Below are positions 41,078 through 51,150 of a DNA stretch of 64,000 bases, piece after piece. How positions within the stretch are numbered: position 1 is the stretch's first letter; every line of letters starts with the position of its first letter. A model generated the notes under the pieces. The model was not told the origin of the DNA and ran no database searches. It saw only the letters and a program-made list of their open reading frames with translations. The stretch is from an uncultured Syntrophomonadaceae bacterium (GTDB lineage: Bacteria > Bacillota > Dethiobacteria > DTU022). The stretch is taken from the NCBI GenBank assembly GCA_964506505.1, contig CAZDKY010000021.1, positions 4,010-68,009 of the forward strand, given 5' to 3'. A program made the translations under genes and the position numbers.

Positions 41078-42658
41078 TTATTCCCATTCTATCGTTCCGG
41101 GAGGTTTGGAAGTAATATCATAAACCACCCTGGCCGCTTCGGGGATTTCACCGGTGATGCGGGCAGACACTTTTTCCAGAAGATCATGAGGCAGACGGGC
41201 CCAGTCGGCAGTCATAGCATCCTCGGAAACAACCGCCCGCAGGGCAATTACCGGGCCATAATGGCGGTCATCCCCCTTCACTCCAACCACATTAATCCCC
41301 GTTAAAACGGCAAAATACTGCCATAATTCTCCGTCCTGCCCAGCTTTGCTTACCTCTTCACGAAAAATAGCATCTGCTTTCTGCAGCAGGGTTAATTTTT
41401 CAGCAGTTATCTCACCGATTATGCGCACAGCCAGTCCGGGCCCCGGAAAGGGTTGTCTTTTCAAAATTGATTCGGGCAATCCCAGTTCGGCACCCACCAG
41501 CCGGACCTCATCCTTAAAAAGTTCCCGCAGCGGTTCGATGAGATCAAAACCCAGTTCTTCAGGCAGGCCGCCAACGTTATGGTGCGATTTTATGACGGCA
41601 GCACCTTTTACCGTACCGCTCTCGATAATATCCGGATATATCGTCCCCTGGGCCAGGCACGAAATATCGCCCATGGAAAGGGCCTTTTCCTTGAAAACCG
41701 CAATAAATTCTGCACCGATGATTTTTCTTTTCTCCTCCGGATCAGTAACCCCGGCCAGCTTCTGCAGGAAGCGCTCCCGGGCGTCAATATGCATGAACCG
41801 ACCACGCAGCCTCTCACTGAAAAGCCTGCTGACCTGCCGGGCTTCATCAAGTCTGAGCAGCCCGTGATCGACAAATATATATTTAGCTCTCTCTCCAAGA
41901 GCCCGGTCGAGCATAAAAGCAACCACCGTCGAATCAACCCCACCGCTCAAAGCACAAACGACTTTATCCTTTTTGCCAACAGCCTGCCTGATCTCGAGCA
42001 CGGCATCTTCGACAAAACTGCGTGGGCTCCAGGTTCGGATGCACCGGCAAACATTGTAAAGAAAGCTCTGCAGAATACTGCCTCCTCCCGGGGTGTGAAA
42101 TACCTCGGGGTGAAATTGAACTCCGTATATCTTTCGGTCATGATCGCCGATGGCCGCAATGGCACCGTTTTCGGTGCGGGCCAGTACCGAAAATCCGTTA
42201 GGCGCTTCCAGGACTTCGTCCTGGTGGCTCATCCATCCATAGAGCGATTCCCTGCTTTTGAAAAGGTCATCTATAAAAAGTGGTTCAGCCTCGATTATCT
42301 CGAAAGTAGTCCTGCCAAATTCCGAACGGTTACCCTTTTTTACTGTTCCGCCAAGATCCCGTGCTAACAGTTGCATGCCATAGCATATTCCCAAAACGGG
42401 AATTCCTCCCGTATATATTTTAGGATCGCACTGCGGCGCATCGGGACCGTAAACGCTGGCGGGACTACCCGAGAGGATGATGCCGGCCGGCTCGGCCTCT
42501 TCGATTTCATTCCAGGGAGTATTGTGAGGCATCAGTTCACAATAAACCCCGGCTTCTCTTATCCTGCGGGCTATGAGCATGCTGTACTGACCGCCAAAAT
42601 CAAGGATAATTACTTTCTCACGCATACTGGTTGATTTCTCAGAAAGAAAATGTTCCAT
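41078..42658 (-). CDS. guaA: GMP synthase (glutamine-hydrolysing)
   Basis: ILDFGGQY, SGGVDS, IKSHHNVGGLP, KPPGTIEWE. Confidence 0.97.
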   Translation of the reverse strand: MEHFLSEKSTSMREKVIILDFGGQYSMLIARRIREAGVYCELMPHNTPWNEIEEAEPAGIILSGSPASVYGPDAPQCDPKIYTGGIPVLGICYGMQLLARDLGGTVKKGNRSEFGRTTFEIIEAEPLFIDDLFKSRESLYGWMSHQDEVLEAPNGFSVLARTENGAIAAIGDHDRKIYGVQFHPEVFHTPGGGSILQSFLYNVCRCIRTWSPRSFVEDAVLEIRQAVGKKDKVVCALSGGVDSTVVAFMLDRALGERAKYIFVDHGLLRLDEARQVSRLFSERLRGRFMHIDARERFLQKLAGVTDPEEKRKIIGAEFIAVFKEKALSMGDISCLAQGTIYPDIIESGTVKGAAVIKSHHNVGGLPEELGFDLIEPLRELFKDEVRLVGAELGLPESILKRQPFPGPGLAVRIIGEITAEKLTLLQKADAIFREEVSKAGQDGELWQYFAVLTGINVVGVKGDDRHYGPVIALRAVVSEDAMTADWARLPHDLLEKVSARITGEIPEAARVVYDITSKPPGTIEWE

Positions 42659-42680
42659 AAGTGGGTCTCCTTCCTTTTAT

Positions 42681-44105
42681 CTAATGACCTTCATCGGGAT
42701 AATGACCCGTAAAGCAGGCCGTGCAATAATTTTCCGCACCTCTGCCGGCAGAGCTGTACAGATCTTCCGCCCTGGCAAAGGTCACTGAGTCAGCCCCAAT
42801 TGAAGCAGCAAGGTAAGACAGGCTTTCTCCGGGCACTGCCAGATCAGATGCCACGGGAATGTCAATACCATAATAACACGGGAAGCGATAAGGTGGTGAA
42901 GCTATGCAGAGATGAACTGTAGCAGCGCCGGCAGCGCGGAGAAGTTCAATCAGCACCCTGGCCGTGGTTCCCCGCACCAGGGAATCATCAACAAGGGCTA
43001 CCCGTTTACCCTTGATTAAAGCAGTAATGGGATTGAATTTCAGACGGACGGCCTCTTCACGCCCGGCCCTTGTGGGCTCAATAAAAGTACGCCCCAGGTA
43101 TGGATTACGGTGTATCGCCCATTCCAGAGGGATCCCCAGTTCATCGGCCAGGCCGATCCCCGCCGATATTCCTGAATCCGGTGATGGAACTACCAGATCC
43201 ACGGAAGCAGGAATGCGTCCGGCCAGTTTCCGCCCCACTTTTTTGCGGAAAATGTGAACGCTTACCCCATCGATGACGCTGTCAGGCCGGGCAAAATAAA
43301 CATATTCGAAGATACAGAGGGAAGCTTTCTCGGCCGCGGGAACAGAGAACGAACTTAAAACTCCACCGGCCGTGGAAACTATTTCCCCGGGTTTGATATC
43401 TCTTACAAAGGAGGCCCCCACCGTATCAAGAGCCGCCGTTTCAGAAGCAAAAACCGTGGCTCCATTCAACCTGCCGAGAACAAGAGGTCGAAACCCGCCC
43501 GGATCGCGAAAGGCAACTACTTCCCGGCCGTCTGTGGCCACGGCAGCGTATGCACCTTGAATAAGAGGAACCGCTTTGCGTACCGCCTCACCCAGACCCC
43601 CGCGGCGATATTGGAAAATATAGGTCAGAATGATTTCACTGTCCGAGGTGCTGTGAAAAATATGACCTTCTTCAAGTAATTTTTGATGGAGAACTGCCGT
43701 ATTGGTCAGGTTGCCGTTATGAGCCAAAGCGATTGCACTCCCGTCGCGGGAACGCGCCAGCAATGGCTGGGCGTTGGCCGGTTTGTTTGAACCGGTAGTG
43801 GAATATCGGACATGGCCGAGGATCGTATCGGCCGTGATTGATGTAAGAGAGCGGCGGGTAAAAACCCGGTCAACCAGCCCCATACCTTTCAGCAGAACCA
43901 GCCCTTCCGGACTACCATATGCCATACCGGCGCTTTCCTGCCCCCGGTGCTGCAACGCAAGCAATCCCAGGTAAGCAAGAATTGCCGCCCTTCCCGGGCC
44001 CCGGTAACCGGCAAGGGCAAATATCCCACACTTTTCCCGCGGTTTTCCCGGAGCTTCTTTTACAAAACCGGCGTGATTATTTACGGTTTTATCGATCTGC
44101 GGCAT
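42681..44105 (-). CDS. purF: Amidophosphoribosyltransferase
   Basis: EKCGIF nucleophile site, LQHRGQESAG, GHVRYST, VDDSLVRGTT. Confidence 0.92.
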   Translation of the reverse strand: MPQIDKTVNNHAGFVKEAPGKPREKCGIFALAGYRGPGRAAILAYLGLLALQHRGQESAGMAYGSPEGLVLLKGMGLVDRVFTRRSLTSITADTILGHVRYSTTGSNKPANAQPLLARSRDGSAIALAHNGNLTNTAVLHQKLLEEGHIFHSTSDSEIILTYIFQYRRGGLGEAVRKAVPLIQGAYAAVATDGREVVAFRDPGGFRPLVLGRLNGATVFASETAALDTVGASFVRDIKPGEIVSTAGGVLSSFSVPAAEKASLCIFEYVYFARPDSVIDGVSVHIFRKKVGRKLAGRIPASVDLVVPSPDSGISAGIGLADELGIPLEWAIHRNPYLGRTFIEPTRAGREEAVRLKFNPITALIKGKRVALVDDSLVRGTTARVLIELLRAAGAATVHLCIASPPYRFPCYYGIDIPVASDLAVPGESLSYLAASIGADSVTFARAEDLYSSAGRGAENYCTACFTGHYPDEGH

Positions 44106-44136
44106 TCCCCAATCCGTAATCTCTTTTCAATCGTTT

Positions 44137-45450
44137 CTAAATACTCTGGTCAGCAAAGCTTCGACCCGAACCATCCAATTTAATCTTGTACAATGTATCA
44201 TCTTCGTCGTGATCAAGATAATAGATCCAATCACCAGCCACTACTATGTATCGTACCGCTTCCGGGGTAACCTGTTCCAGGCCGCTCCCATCAGTTCTTA
44301 TCCTGGTCAGGGCAAAACCTTCATCTTCTGCAGCATAATAAAGCCATTCGCCAACCAGGTTGACAAACCAGGCCGGGTAATCAGTCAACACTTCTTTTTC
44401 CGTTCCGTCAATACGAATCCTGTAAAGACGGGAATTATCATCCATATTGTTGTAATATATCCAACCGTCATCTGATACGTTTAGCCCGCCGGATGGTTCA
44501 GTATTAACCTGCTCCTTCTCCGTCCCATCAGTCTTCATCCGATAGATAGTTTCATTGTCGTCGACATTAACATAATAAAGCCAGTCGCCAACCGCATTGA
44601 GGAACCAGGCTGCATCGTCTCCCAGGCGCACCTGCGAGCCACCATCAGCATTGATACTGTAAATCCTGTTTTGATCATTTTCATTGAGATAAAAAAGTTG
44701 ACTGTCAACAAGAGTGACAAACCAGGCCCCTTCGTCAGTCATGGACGTGCGTTCACTGCCATCAGTCTTAATGCGGTAAAGACGGTTACCATCGTCACGG
44801 TTGCTGTAAAAGACCCAGCTCCCGATGCTGTTGATAAACCAGGCGGAATCGGCGCTGAGTAGACGGACGCCTCCTGAATAATCGGCATAAGCCAAAGCCC
44901 CACCCTCGTTGCTGCGGAAAATTATCCCATTTGAAACAGAAACAGCCAGACCACCATTGATAATATTACCGGCTGTGTTTCCCCTGCCCGAAAGAAAGAG
45001 TGAATCGCTTTCTTCGACCGGTTCCTCTACGGGATCCCACGGAGATTCTTCAACCGTTTCCTCCACCTGAGTAGCCGGGACTATATGATCCTCTTCAGCC
45101 TGTTCGGCACCATGGTAAAAAACAAAATAGTAGATCGCTCCCGCGGCAACCAGCAGGAATAGTACAGCGGCAATAACAATAACAGGTCTCATATTTTTCT
45201 TTCTGGCAGAGCCCTTTCCTGCTGCCTTCTCTGTCCCGGTTCCAGCAGGTGGAGGCGGTGCAGAGTTCACAAAATCGGGGATGCCGGTAAGCCCGGGCAC
45301 ATGATCAGCCCTGGTCCAATCGCCAAGTGCCTGATGCCAGACCTTGTCAGCCGGCTCGATCTTGCCAGTCTTTGATTTCTCCCAGAGCTGTTGCCAGCTG
45401 AAAGGACCGCTCTGTTGATCGTCTTTATACAAATACCAGCCTTCAGTCAT
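44137..45450 (-). CDS. GYF_2 (DUF4339) + single TM + DUF5050-like beta-propeller protein
   Basis: WYLYKDDQQSGPFSW...VWHQALGDW; repeated GDWLYY...LYRIKTDGS blades. Confidence 0.75.
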   Translation of the reverse strand: MTEGWYLYKDDQQSGPFSWQQLWEKSKTGKIEPADKVWHQALGDWTRADHVPGLTGIPDFVNSAPPPPAGTGTEKAAGKGSARKKNMRPVIVIAAVLFLLVAAGAIYYFVFYHGAEQAEEDHIVPATQVEETVEESPWDPVEEPVEESDSLFLSGRGNTAGNIINGGLAVSVSNGIIFRSNEGGALAYADYSGGVRLLSADSAWFINSIGSWVFYSNRDDGNRLYRIKTDGSERTSMTDEGAWFVTLVDSQLFYLNENDQNRIYSINADGGSQVRLGDDAAWFLNAVGDWLYYVNVDDNETIYRMKTDGTEKEQVNTEPSGGLNVSDDGWIYYNNMDDNSRLYRIRIDGTEKEVLTDYPAWFVNLVGEWLYYAAEDEGFALTRIRTDGSGLEQVTPEAVRYIVVAGDWIYYLDHDEDDTLYKIKLDGSGRSFADQSI

Positions 45451-46317
45451 TTAAACCGCCTCCCGATTCTTTGTCAACCTTATCATTTTATATAACCAGC
45501 AAGTAAATATCAATAAAGCCAGGCCGTAGACCAGAGGCCCGCGGACCAGGTTTGATAAATGGCTGGCCTGGGAAAAGTCGCGAAAAAAATAAGTAATAAA
45601 CCGTCCCATCGTAAAAACAAGACCGAATACGGCCGCCGCCACCCCATCACCGGGCCTTCTCCGGTAAACCAGCCATGAGACCAGAGCTGCCAGCAATCCA
45701 GCAGCCATTTCGTAAAGCTGGGTCGGATGAACAGGCTGCGGTATTAATAAAAAAGGTGATTCTGAAAAATAAACCTGGTTGATATGAACAGGCGAACCGA
45801 TAGGGAAAACCACTGCCCAGGGTAAATCAGTTACTTTCCCGTAACAACAACCGTTTAAAAAACAGCCAATTCTTGTTATCGCCGCTCCTATACCAACATG
45901 GGGAGCCAAACGATCAGTCAATTCCAGGAAAGGCAAAACTAATATTTTGGCTATCAGCCACCAGGAAAACAAAGCGGCAGCAAGACCGCCAAAGAGAGTA
46001 AAATTGCGAAAACTGACTTTACTCAACAGGGCGGGATTGGCAATAATTTCCTCAAAATAAAGCAGTCCATAGAGCAATCGTGCCCCAATGAAAAAAGACG
46101 TTATTAACACGACCAGGATGGCAGTTGTTTTAAACAATCCCAGGCGGCAATGGCGAAAATGGTACACTGCGGCCACTACCAGGTATAAGAGTGTCACCAT
46201 CCCAAAAAAACGGTAGGCAGTGACGGGAATAACGCTGCCGTCACCCAGGCTGATAGTAAAAAGAACAGGGTGCATTGATACTCCTTGGGCTGCTAAGAAC
46301 AGTCCTTCCGGGACCAA
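45451..46317 (-). CDS. Prolipoprotein diacylglyceryl transferase (Lgt) family protein
   Basis: MHPVLF, IGARL, RIGCFLNGCCYG, HPTQLYE. Confidence 0.85.
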   Translation of the reverse strand: MVPEGLFLAAQGVSMHPVLFTISLGDGSVIPVTAYRFFGMVTLLYLVVAAVYHFRHCRLGLFKTTAILVVLITSFFIGARLLYGLLYFEEIIANPALLSKVSFRNFTLFGGLAAALFSWWLIAKILVLPFLELTDRLAPHVGIGAAITRIGCFLNGCCYGKVTDLPWAVVFPIGSPVHINQVYFSESPFLLIPQPVHPTQLYEMAAGLLAALVSWLVYRRRPGDGVAAAVFGLVFTMGRFITYFFRDFSQASHLSNLVRGPLVYGLALLIFTCWLYKMIRLTKNREAV

Positions 46318-48771
46318 TTACGGGCTGACTCGCTGAACCCGCCAGACTCCGGACATAACATCTGGTTTATTGTTGCCTGCAGGTACCGAAAAAGTACCAC
46401 TCAGGGTATCCTGGCCACTCGGCTGGCCGGTAAAGATCATTTCCAACCCTTCATCGGAAAAACTGAATCTAACCGTTCCATTCTCATAAACAGCCTCAAT
46501 GTAATGATCCTCCGATGCCTCAGCAGCATTTTCTTCCGGCAGAACTGCATCAAATTGAATCAAAGCTGAACCGGTATAGAAATTTTCTGTTTCCGTCTCC
46601 TTGAATTCCAGAACCATGGGAACATCATTATCCAGGAGGGTCTGCATTAATTCTTTAATCGCTTCGATCATCATCTGGAACATCGCTTCACCAAGATTTT
46701 CCTCGCAGCCATCCACTGCTTCTTCCGCTTCCGGTGAGGGGTTTGGACTATCCATTTCGAGAAAAGCGGAATAGGTGAGCATCCAGTTCCCTTCCCATCT
46801 GCCGGCAAGCTCGGGTGCTTCCATATCAAAAACAACTTCAACCACTCCGCCAGGATCCGGAAGCTTCAGATCAACTTCCATCTCGTCTTCCCCATCGGGC
46901 CCGAGGCCGGAAAGGACCACTTTCCCTGAAGGCTCTGCATTCATCAATCCTAAAAGGGTGCACTGCATTTCCCAGATCCCGTCTTCATCAGTAAATCCGG
47001 ACCAGAGATCCTGGTTGCGACCCATATCAATGGCCACCGGCAGTTCTTCGATTTTAATCGGCGCTTCTGATTCTTCCATTTCTTCAGGAACAACCACCCG
47101 AACCCTGATTTTATAAACGCTGTTCAGCATGCGGGTTATACGACGCGCTTCGTTGTTGTAGAAGCTCTCCGTCCGTTCATATCTGATCTGGCGGGCCAGA
47201 CGTCGAAATACCGGCTGCAGTGAATTGACCAGCTCAGCCTTATGATTCTCGGCAATACTTTTTTCCAGGGGAGGATTGTCACCGCCCGAGTAGCTAAAAC
47301 CCTGACCCATATCGCCAAAGACAAAACTCATCCCCTGGGGATCATTCCAAAAGGCGTAGACATAACTATCAATTGCTTCGGCAATCTTCTTTTCGGCCTC
47401 GGCGGGAGAAGAAGAATCTTTAGTGATCCAGTAAAAAGTTTTGTACCAGCCAACATTATTTTTTACTTTAAAACCGGGAAGGGTCGAATATTTCGAGTTC
47501 CGGTAATAATACTTTTTATAGGCATCAACATACATCTGCTCGCGACCGGCAATAGCCGTGGTGGCAAATTTGTTGAGGCTGTAATCAATGGCAAAAACGC
47601 CTACCGAAGCAATCTTCATTGCTGAAGTGCCCCATTTACCCAGGGCATAATTACCAAGATCTTTGGTAAACCCAAGAACGGCCGGTGCGGTATTGTCCTG
47701 ATCGAGATTAATGGCCAAATTGACAAAGGCTAAACCGAGCCCCATCTCACCCATGGCACTATTGATGCTGTTAAGGGTAGAGACTGCAAGTACTTCTTCC
47801 AGGAAGGTAGACCCGGTTCCGATTATCCCAAACATCTCAGTCGCCGAGTCCCAACCCATTTTGACCGCACCATCGCCGGGAGTACCTCCTGAACCCATTT
47901 CAGAAAGAAGCTCAGCAACTTCATCCGTTTCAAGACTGTAAACACTTGCCGGTAAGAATATCGGCCGGCTTACCATGGCCATTGGCGAATCGGGATCGCT
48001 CGATGAACGCTTCACTTTAGCAAAATCTGTCAAATGATAAGTATATAGAGTGAGGACATTTTTTGCCGGATCCAGATCATGAACTACCTGATCCCAGGTT
48101 CCGCTTTCCTCATTATAATAGAGGGCACCATAATAATATTCAGCGCTTTCACCCTGGGGAATGTCCGACAGCTCATAGGGCATTTCAATCTCCAACACTC
48201 CGGGAAGTTCCTGATAATCACCCAGGGTTATTTTGTAAACCTCTTCCAGTTCTGCATCTGCAGGCCTTGTTTCGTAATCACCGAGGAAGGTCACATTGAG
48301 ATCGGTCGGCTCTTCAAGCATATCTCCGGGTATTTTGACCATCACAGAACCTTCGCGGCCAAAAATTTGTTCTTCTTCCGAAGGCTCGACAGTGGTGGAA
48401 ATAAGAACCTTGTCCCTTCCGCCAAAAGAAAGGAAAGGAAGATCAAGAAAGGTCACAACGATAAAAAGCAAAGCAGCCAGCATGATCACTCCCCCGCCGA
48501 TTAAACCTATTATCAACAGGGAATTTTTCTTTGGAACCTCTTCTGCCTGTCCGGTATTATTCGATTCAACCGGGTTGTAATCGGGCGCAGGGGGAACATT
48601 TGAACCGGTAAGCTCCGGAATACGGTTTGCCCGCTGCCAGCTTCCCAGTTCACTGCTCCAAAGATAATCGTCATCCCTGATATTGCCCGTATGATAAAAA
48701 TATAGAATTTCTTCCCAGCTGTAGGGTCCCTGTTTTTCCCCGGAACGACTGAAATACCATTGACCTGACAA
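46318..48771 (-). CDS. GYF_2 (DUF4339) + TM + large extracellular region (ZU5-like segment and unknown domains)
   Basis: WYFSRSGEKQGPYSW...LWSSELGSW; TM near aa 85-110; YYNEESGTW...TYHLTDF. Confidence 0.65.
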   Translation of the reverse strand: MSGQWYFSRSGEKQGPYSWEEILYFYHTGNIRDDDYLWSSELGSWQRANRIPELTGSNVPPAPDYNPVESNNTGQAEEVPKKNSLLIIGLIGGGVIMLAALLFIVVTFLDLPFLSFGGRDKVLISTTVEPSEEEQIFGREGSVMVKIPGDMLEEPTDLNVTFLGDYETRPADAELEEVYKITLGDYQELPGVLEIEMPYELSDIPQGESAEYYYGALYYNEESGTWDQVVHDLDPAKNVLTLYTYHLTDFAKVKRSSSDPDSPMAMVSRPIFLPASVYSLETDEVAELLSEMGSGGTPGDGAVKMGWDSATEMFGIIGTGSTFLEEVLAVSTLNSINSAMGEMGLGLAFVNLAINLDQDNTAPAVLGFTKDLGNYALGKWGTSAMKIASVGVFAIDYSLNKFATTAIAGREQMYVDAYKKYYYRNSKYSTLPGFKVKNNVGWYKTFYWITKDSSSPAEAEKKIAEAIDSYVYAFWNDPQGMSFVFGDMGQGFSYSGGDNPPLEKSIAENHKAELVNSLQPVFRRLARQIRYERTESFYNNEARRITRMLNSVYKIRVRVVVPEEMEESEAPIKIEELPVAIDMGRNQDLWSGFTDEDGIWEMQCTLLGLMNAEPSGKVVLSGLGPDGEDEMEVDLKLPDPGGVVEVVFDMEAPELAGRWEGNWMLTYSAFLEMDSPNPSPEAEEAVDGCEENLGEAMFQMMIEAIKELMQTLLDNDVPMVLEFKETETENFYTGSALIQFDAVLPEENAAEASEDHYIEAVYENGTVRFSFSDEGLEMIFTGQPSGQDTLSGTFSVPAGNNKPDVMSGVWRVQRVSP

Positions 48772-48980
48772 CGGCCTTCAACTCCTTTGCCTGAAGGAAT
48801 ATTTAAGATTGAACTGCTTCATTGACATATTTAACTCTGCACCACTTGCAGTTGCCAGAATGATCTTTTGTTTGGATTGATGTTTAATCATAGCAACATT
48901 TTTCCGCTCCTGTCAATTACCTCACTCCAGTATTTTTAATTATGATGCGACAGGTTACCATGTTTATATAAAAATTTTTG

Positions 48981-49072
48981 TTGACAAAAATTAAAACACC
49001 CTGTATACTTTTTTCGGGCAAAGACGCCCGCTTGAACAGCATTAAGTGCTGTCAGCGGGCGTCTTTACTTTT
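48981..49072 (+). promoter_or_regulatory. glnA promoter and leader attenuator with an ANTAR-type hairpin
   Basis: TTGACA-17 bp-TATACT; GGGC-AAAGAC-GCCC hexaloop overlaps the 5' arm of terminator AAAGACGCCCGCT...AGCGGGCGTCTTT. Confidence 0.7.
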
Positions 49073-49103
49073 ATTATCTAATCTATTTGAAGGAGCTGTT
49101 AGT

Positions 49104-50433
49104 TATGGGAATGACCAGAGACGATGTCCTGGCAATAGCCAGGGAAGCGGGAGTGAAGTTCATCCGGCTGCAGTTTACCGACCTGGTAGGACAGTTAAAA
49201 AATGTGGCAATCACTAACGAACAATTGCCCAAGGCCCTTGACGGAGAGTTGATGTTCGACGGTTCATCTATTGAGGGCTTTGTGAGGATCGAAGAATCAG
49301 ATATGTACCTGCGGCCGGATCTCGATACTTTTGCTGTTTTCCCCTGGAGCCCCCAGGAAAACGGTGTAGCGAGGCTGATGTGCGACGTTTATACTCCCGA
49401 GGGGGAACCCTTTGCCGGCTGCCCTCGCAGTCAGCTACAGAAAATGATTGCCCTGGCCGCCAAAGAAGGTTATACCATGAATTGCGGGCCGGAAGCTGAA
49501 TTTTTCATGTTTCATACAGACGAAAACGGGGCTCCAACTCTCCATACTCACGACCAGGGAGGATATTTCGACCTGGCGCCTACTGATCGCGGCGAAAGCG
49601 CCCGCCGTGACATGGTTCTCGGCCTTGAACAGATGGGCCTTGAAATTGAAGCTTCCCACCATGAAGTTGCTCCCGGTCAGCATGAAATTGACTTTAAATA
49701 CAGCAATGCCCTGCGCACTGCCGATGATCTTTCAACGTTTCGGTTTGTAGTAAGGACAATTGCCCAGAGGCACGGGCTATATGCCACCTTCATGCCCAAA
49801 CCGATTGCCATGATCAACGGGTCCGGGATGCATACCCACCTTTCGCTATTTAAAAATGGGAAAAATATTTTTTACGACCCCTCCGCTCCCGATGAGATGA
49901 GCCAGGAGATGCTCTGGTTTATCGGAGGACTGCTTAAACATGCCCGCGGTTTCACCGCAGTGACTAACCCTCTGGTTAACTCATACAAGCGGCTGGTACC
50001 CGGTTATGAAGCTCCGGTATATATTGCCTGGTCACACCGCAACCGCAGCCCTCTTGTCAGGGTCCCGGCCAGGAGAGGAATCGGCACCCGGGTGGAACTG
50101 CGCAGCCCTGATCCTTCCTGCAACCCTTACCTTGCTTTCGCCGTAATGCTGAGAGCCGGACTGGATGGTATCCTGAATAAAATTGAGCCGCCTGAACCGG
50201 TAAACCTGAATATTTACGAGTTGTCCGATGATGAAAAGATCGATCACAATATTGAAAGTCTTCCGGGGACCCTGCACGAAGCAATCCTCGAACTGGACAA
50301 TGATATGATAATTCGAGAAGCGCTGGGAGAACACATATATGATCGTTTCCGCTATGGACGGGTGAAGGAATGGCTGGAATACCGTATCCAGGTCCACAAC
50401 TGGGAAATTGAACATTACCTGGCCCGGTTTTAA
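49104..50433 (+). CDS. glnA: Glutamine synthetase type I
   Basis: MFDGSSIEGF, HHEVAPGQHEIDF, ATFMPKP, NSYKRLVPGYEAP. Start likely ATG 49104 after GAAGGAG. Confidence 0.97.
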
Positions 50434-50580
50434 CAGGCATCGGGATAACTAATAAGTATCGGCCGAAAACCGCCCGCCGGGGCGGTTTTCCTGCTGTCCG
50501 GACCGATTAATTCCCGTAGCTAATACTGACCATGGTATAATATAACAGTGAAAAACATCTTCAGGATGGAAAGGTAAATC

Positions 50581-51150
50581 ATGACCAGGTTTTATTACGA
50601 TTTCTGTATCGGCACAGCCAATCAAAATCTAAAGAAGTCCCTCATTACCATACTGAATGAAGCGAACTTTTACTCTTCCGGTGAAGGGAAAAGTATTCCC
50701 CTCCTGTTGCGCTCTTTGCACACCGTTCAGCCCTGGCTTGTCGTTGTCGACACAGCTCTTCCTCCCGGCAATATTATCGAACTGGCCGACATAATAGAAC
50801 AGGATTGCCTTGCGGCAGCTCTCTATGTAAATACAACCGGTATATCGATGAACAATTATGTTGTCTTGGAATGGCCTGTGAAAAGTTCAGTCCTGTCGGA
50901 GGTTGCCAAAGCCCTGTGCAGTGAATTCACCCATAAAAAAAAGCTACGTCGTGAAATTATCGCCCTGCGTGAAAAACTAAGTGAACGGAAAATTATTGAC
51001 CGGGCCAAGGGTATTGTAGCCCGTGTCTTTTCTATCAACGAAGAAGAAGTTTACAATTACCTGCGTAAAAAAAGCATGGAACGCAGGATCACCATGGCCG
51101 AAATGGCCGCGTTGATTATTGCAAATCCCGATTCTTTTTATAAGCAATAG
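50581..51150 (+). CDS. ANTAR-domain antitermination regulator with degenerate receiver (NitR-like)
   Basis: [10 protein letters not shown]...[23 protein letters not shown]. Confidence 0.85.
   Translation: MTRFYYDFCIGTANQNLKKSLITILNEANFYSSGEGKSIPLLLRSLHTVQPWLVVVDTALPPGNIIELADIIEQDCLAAALYVNTTGISMNNYVVLEWPVKSSVLSEVAKALCSEFTHKKKLRREIIALREKLSERKIIDRAKGIVARVFSINEEEVYNYLRKKSMERRITMAEMAALIIANPDSFYKQ

Noticed and set aside
39329-42367. Long antisense ORFs (226 aa, 262 aa and others) over pdxS and guaA
   Set aside because: Shadow frames of well-conserved housekeeping genes.
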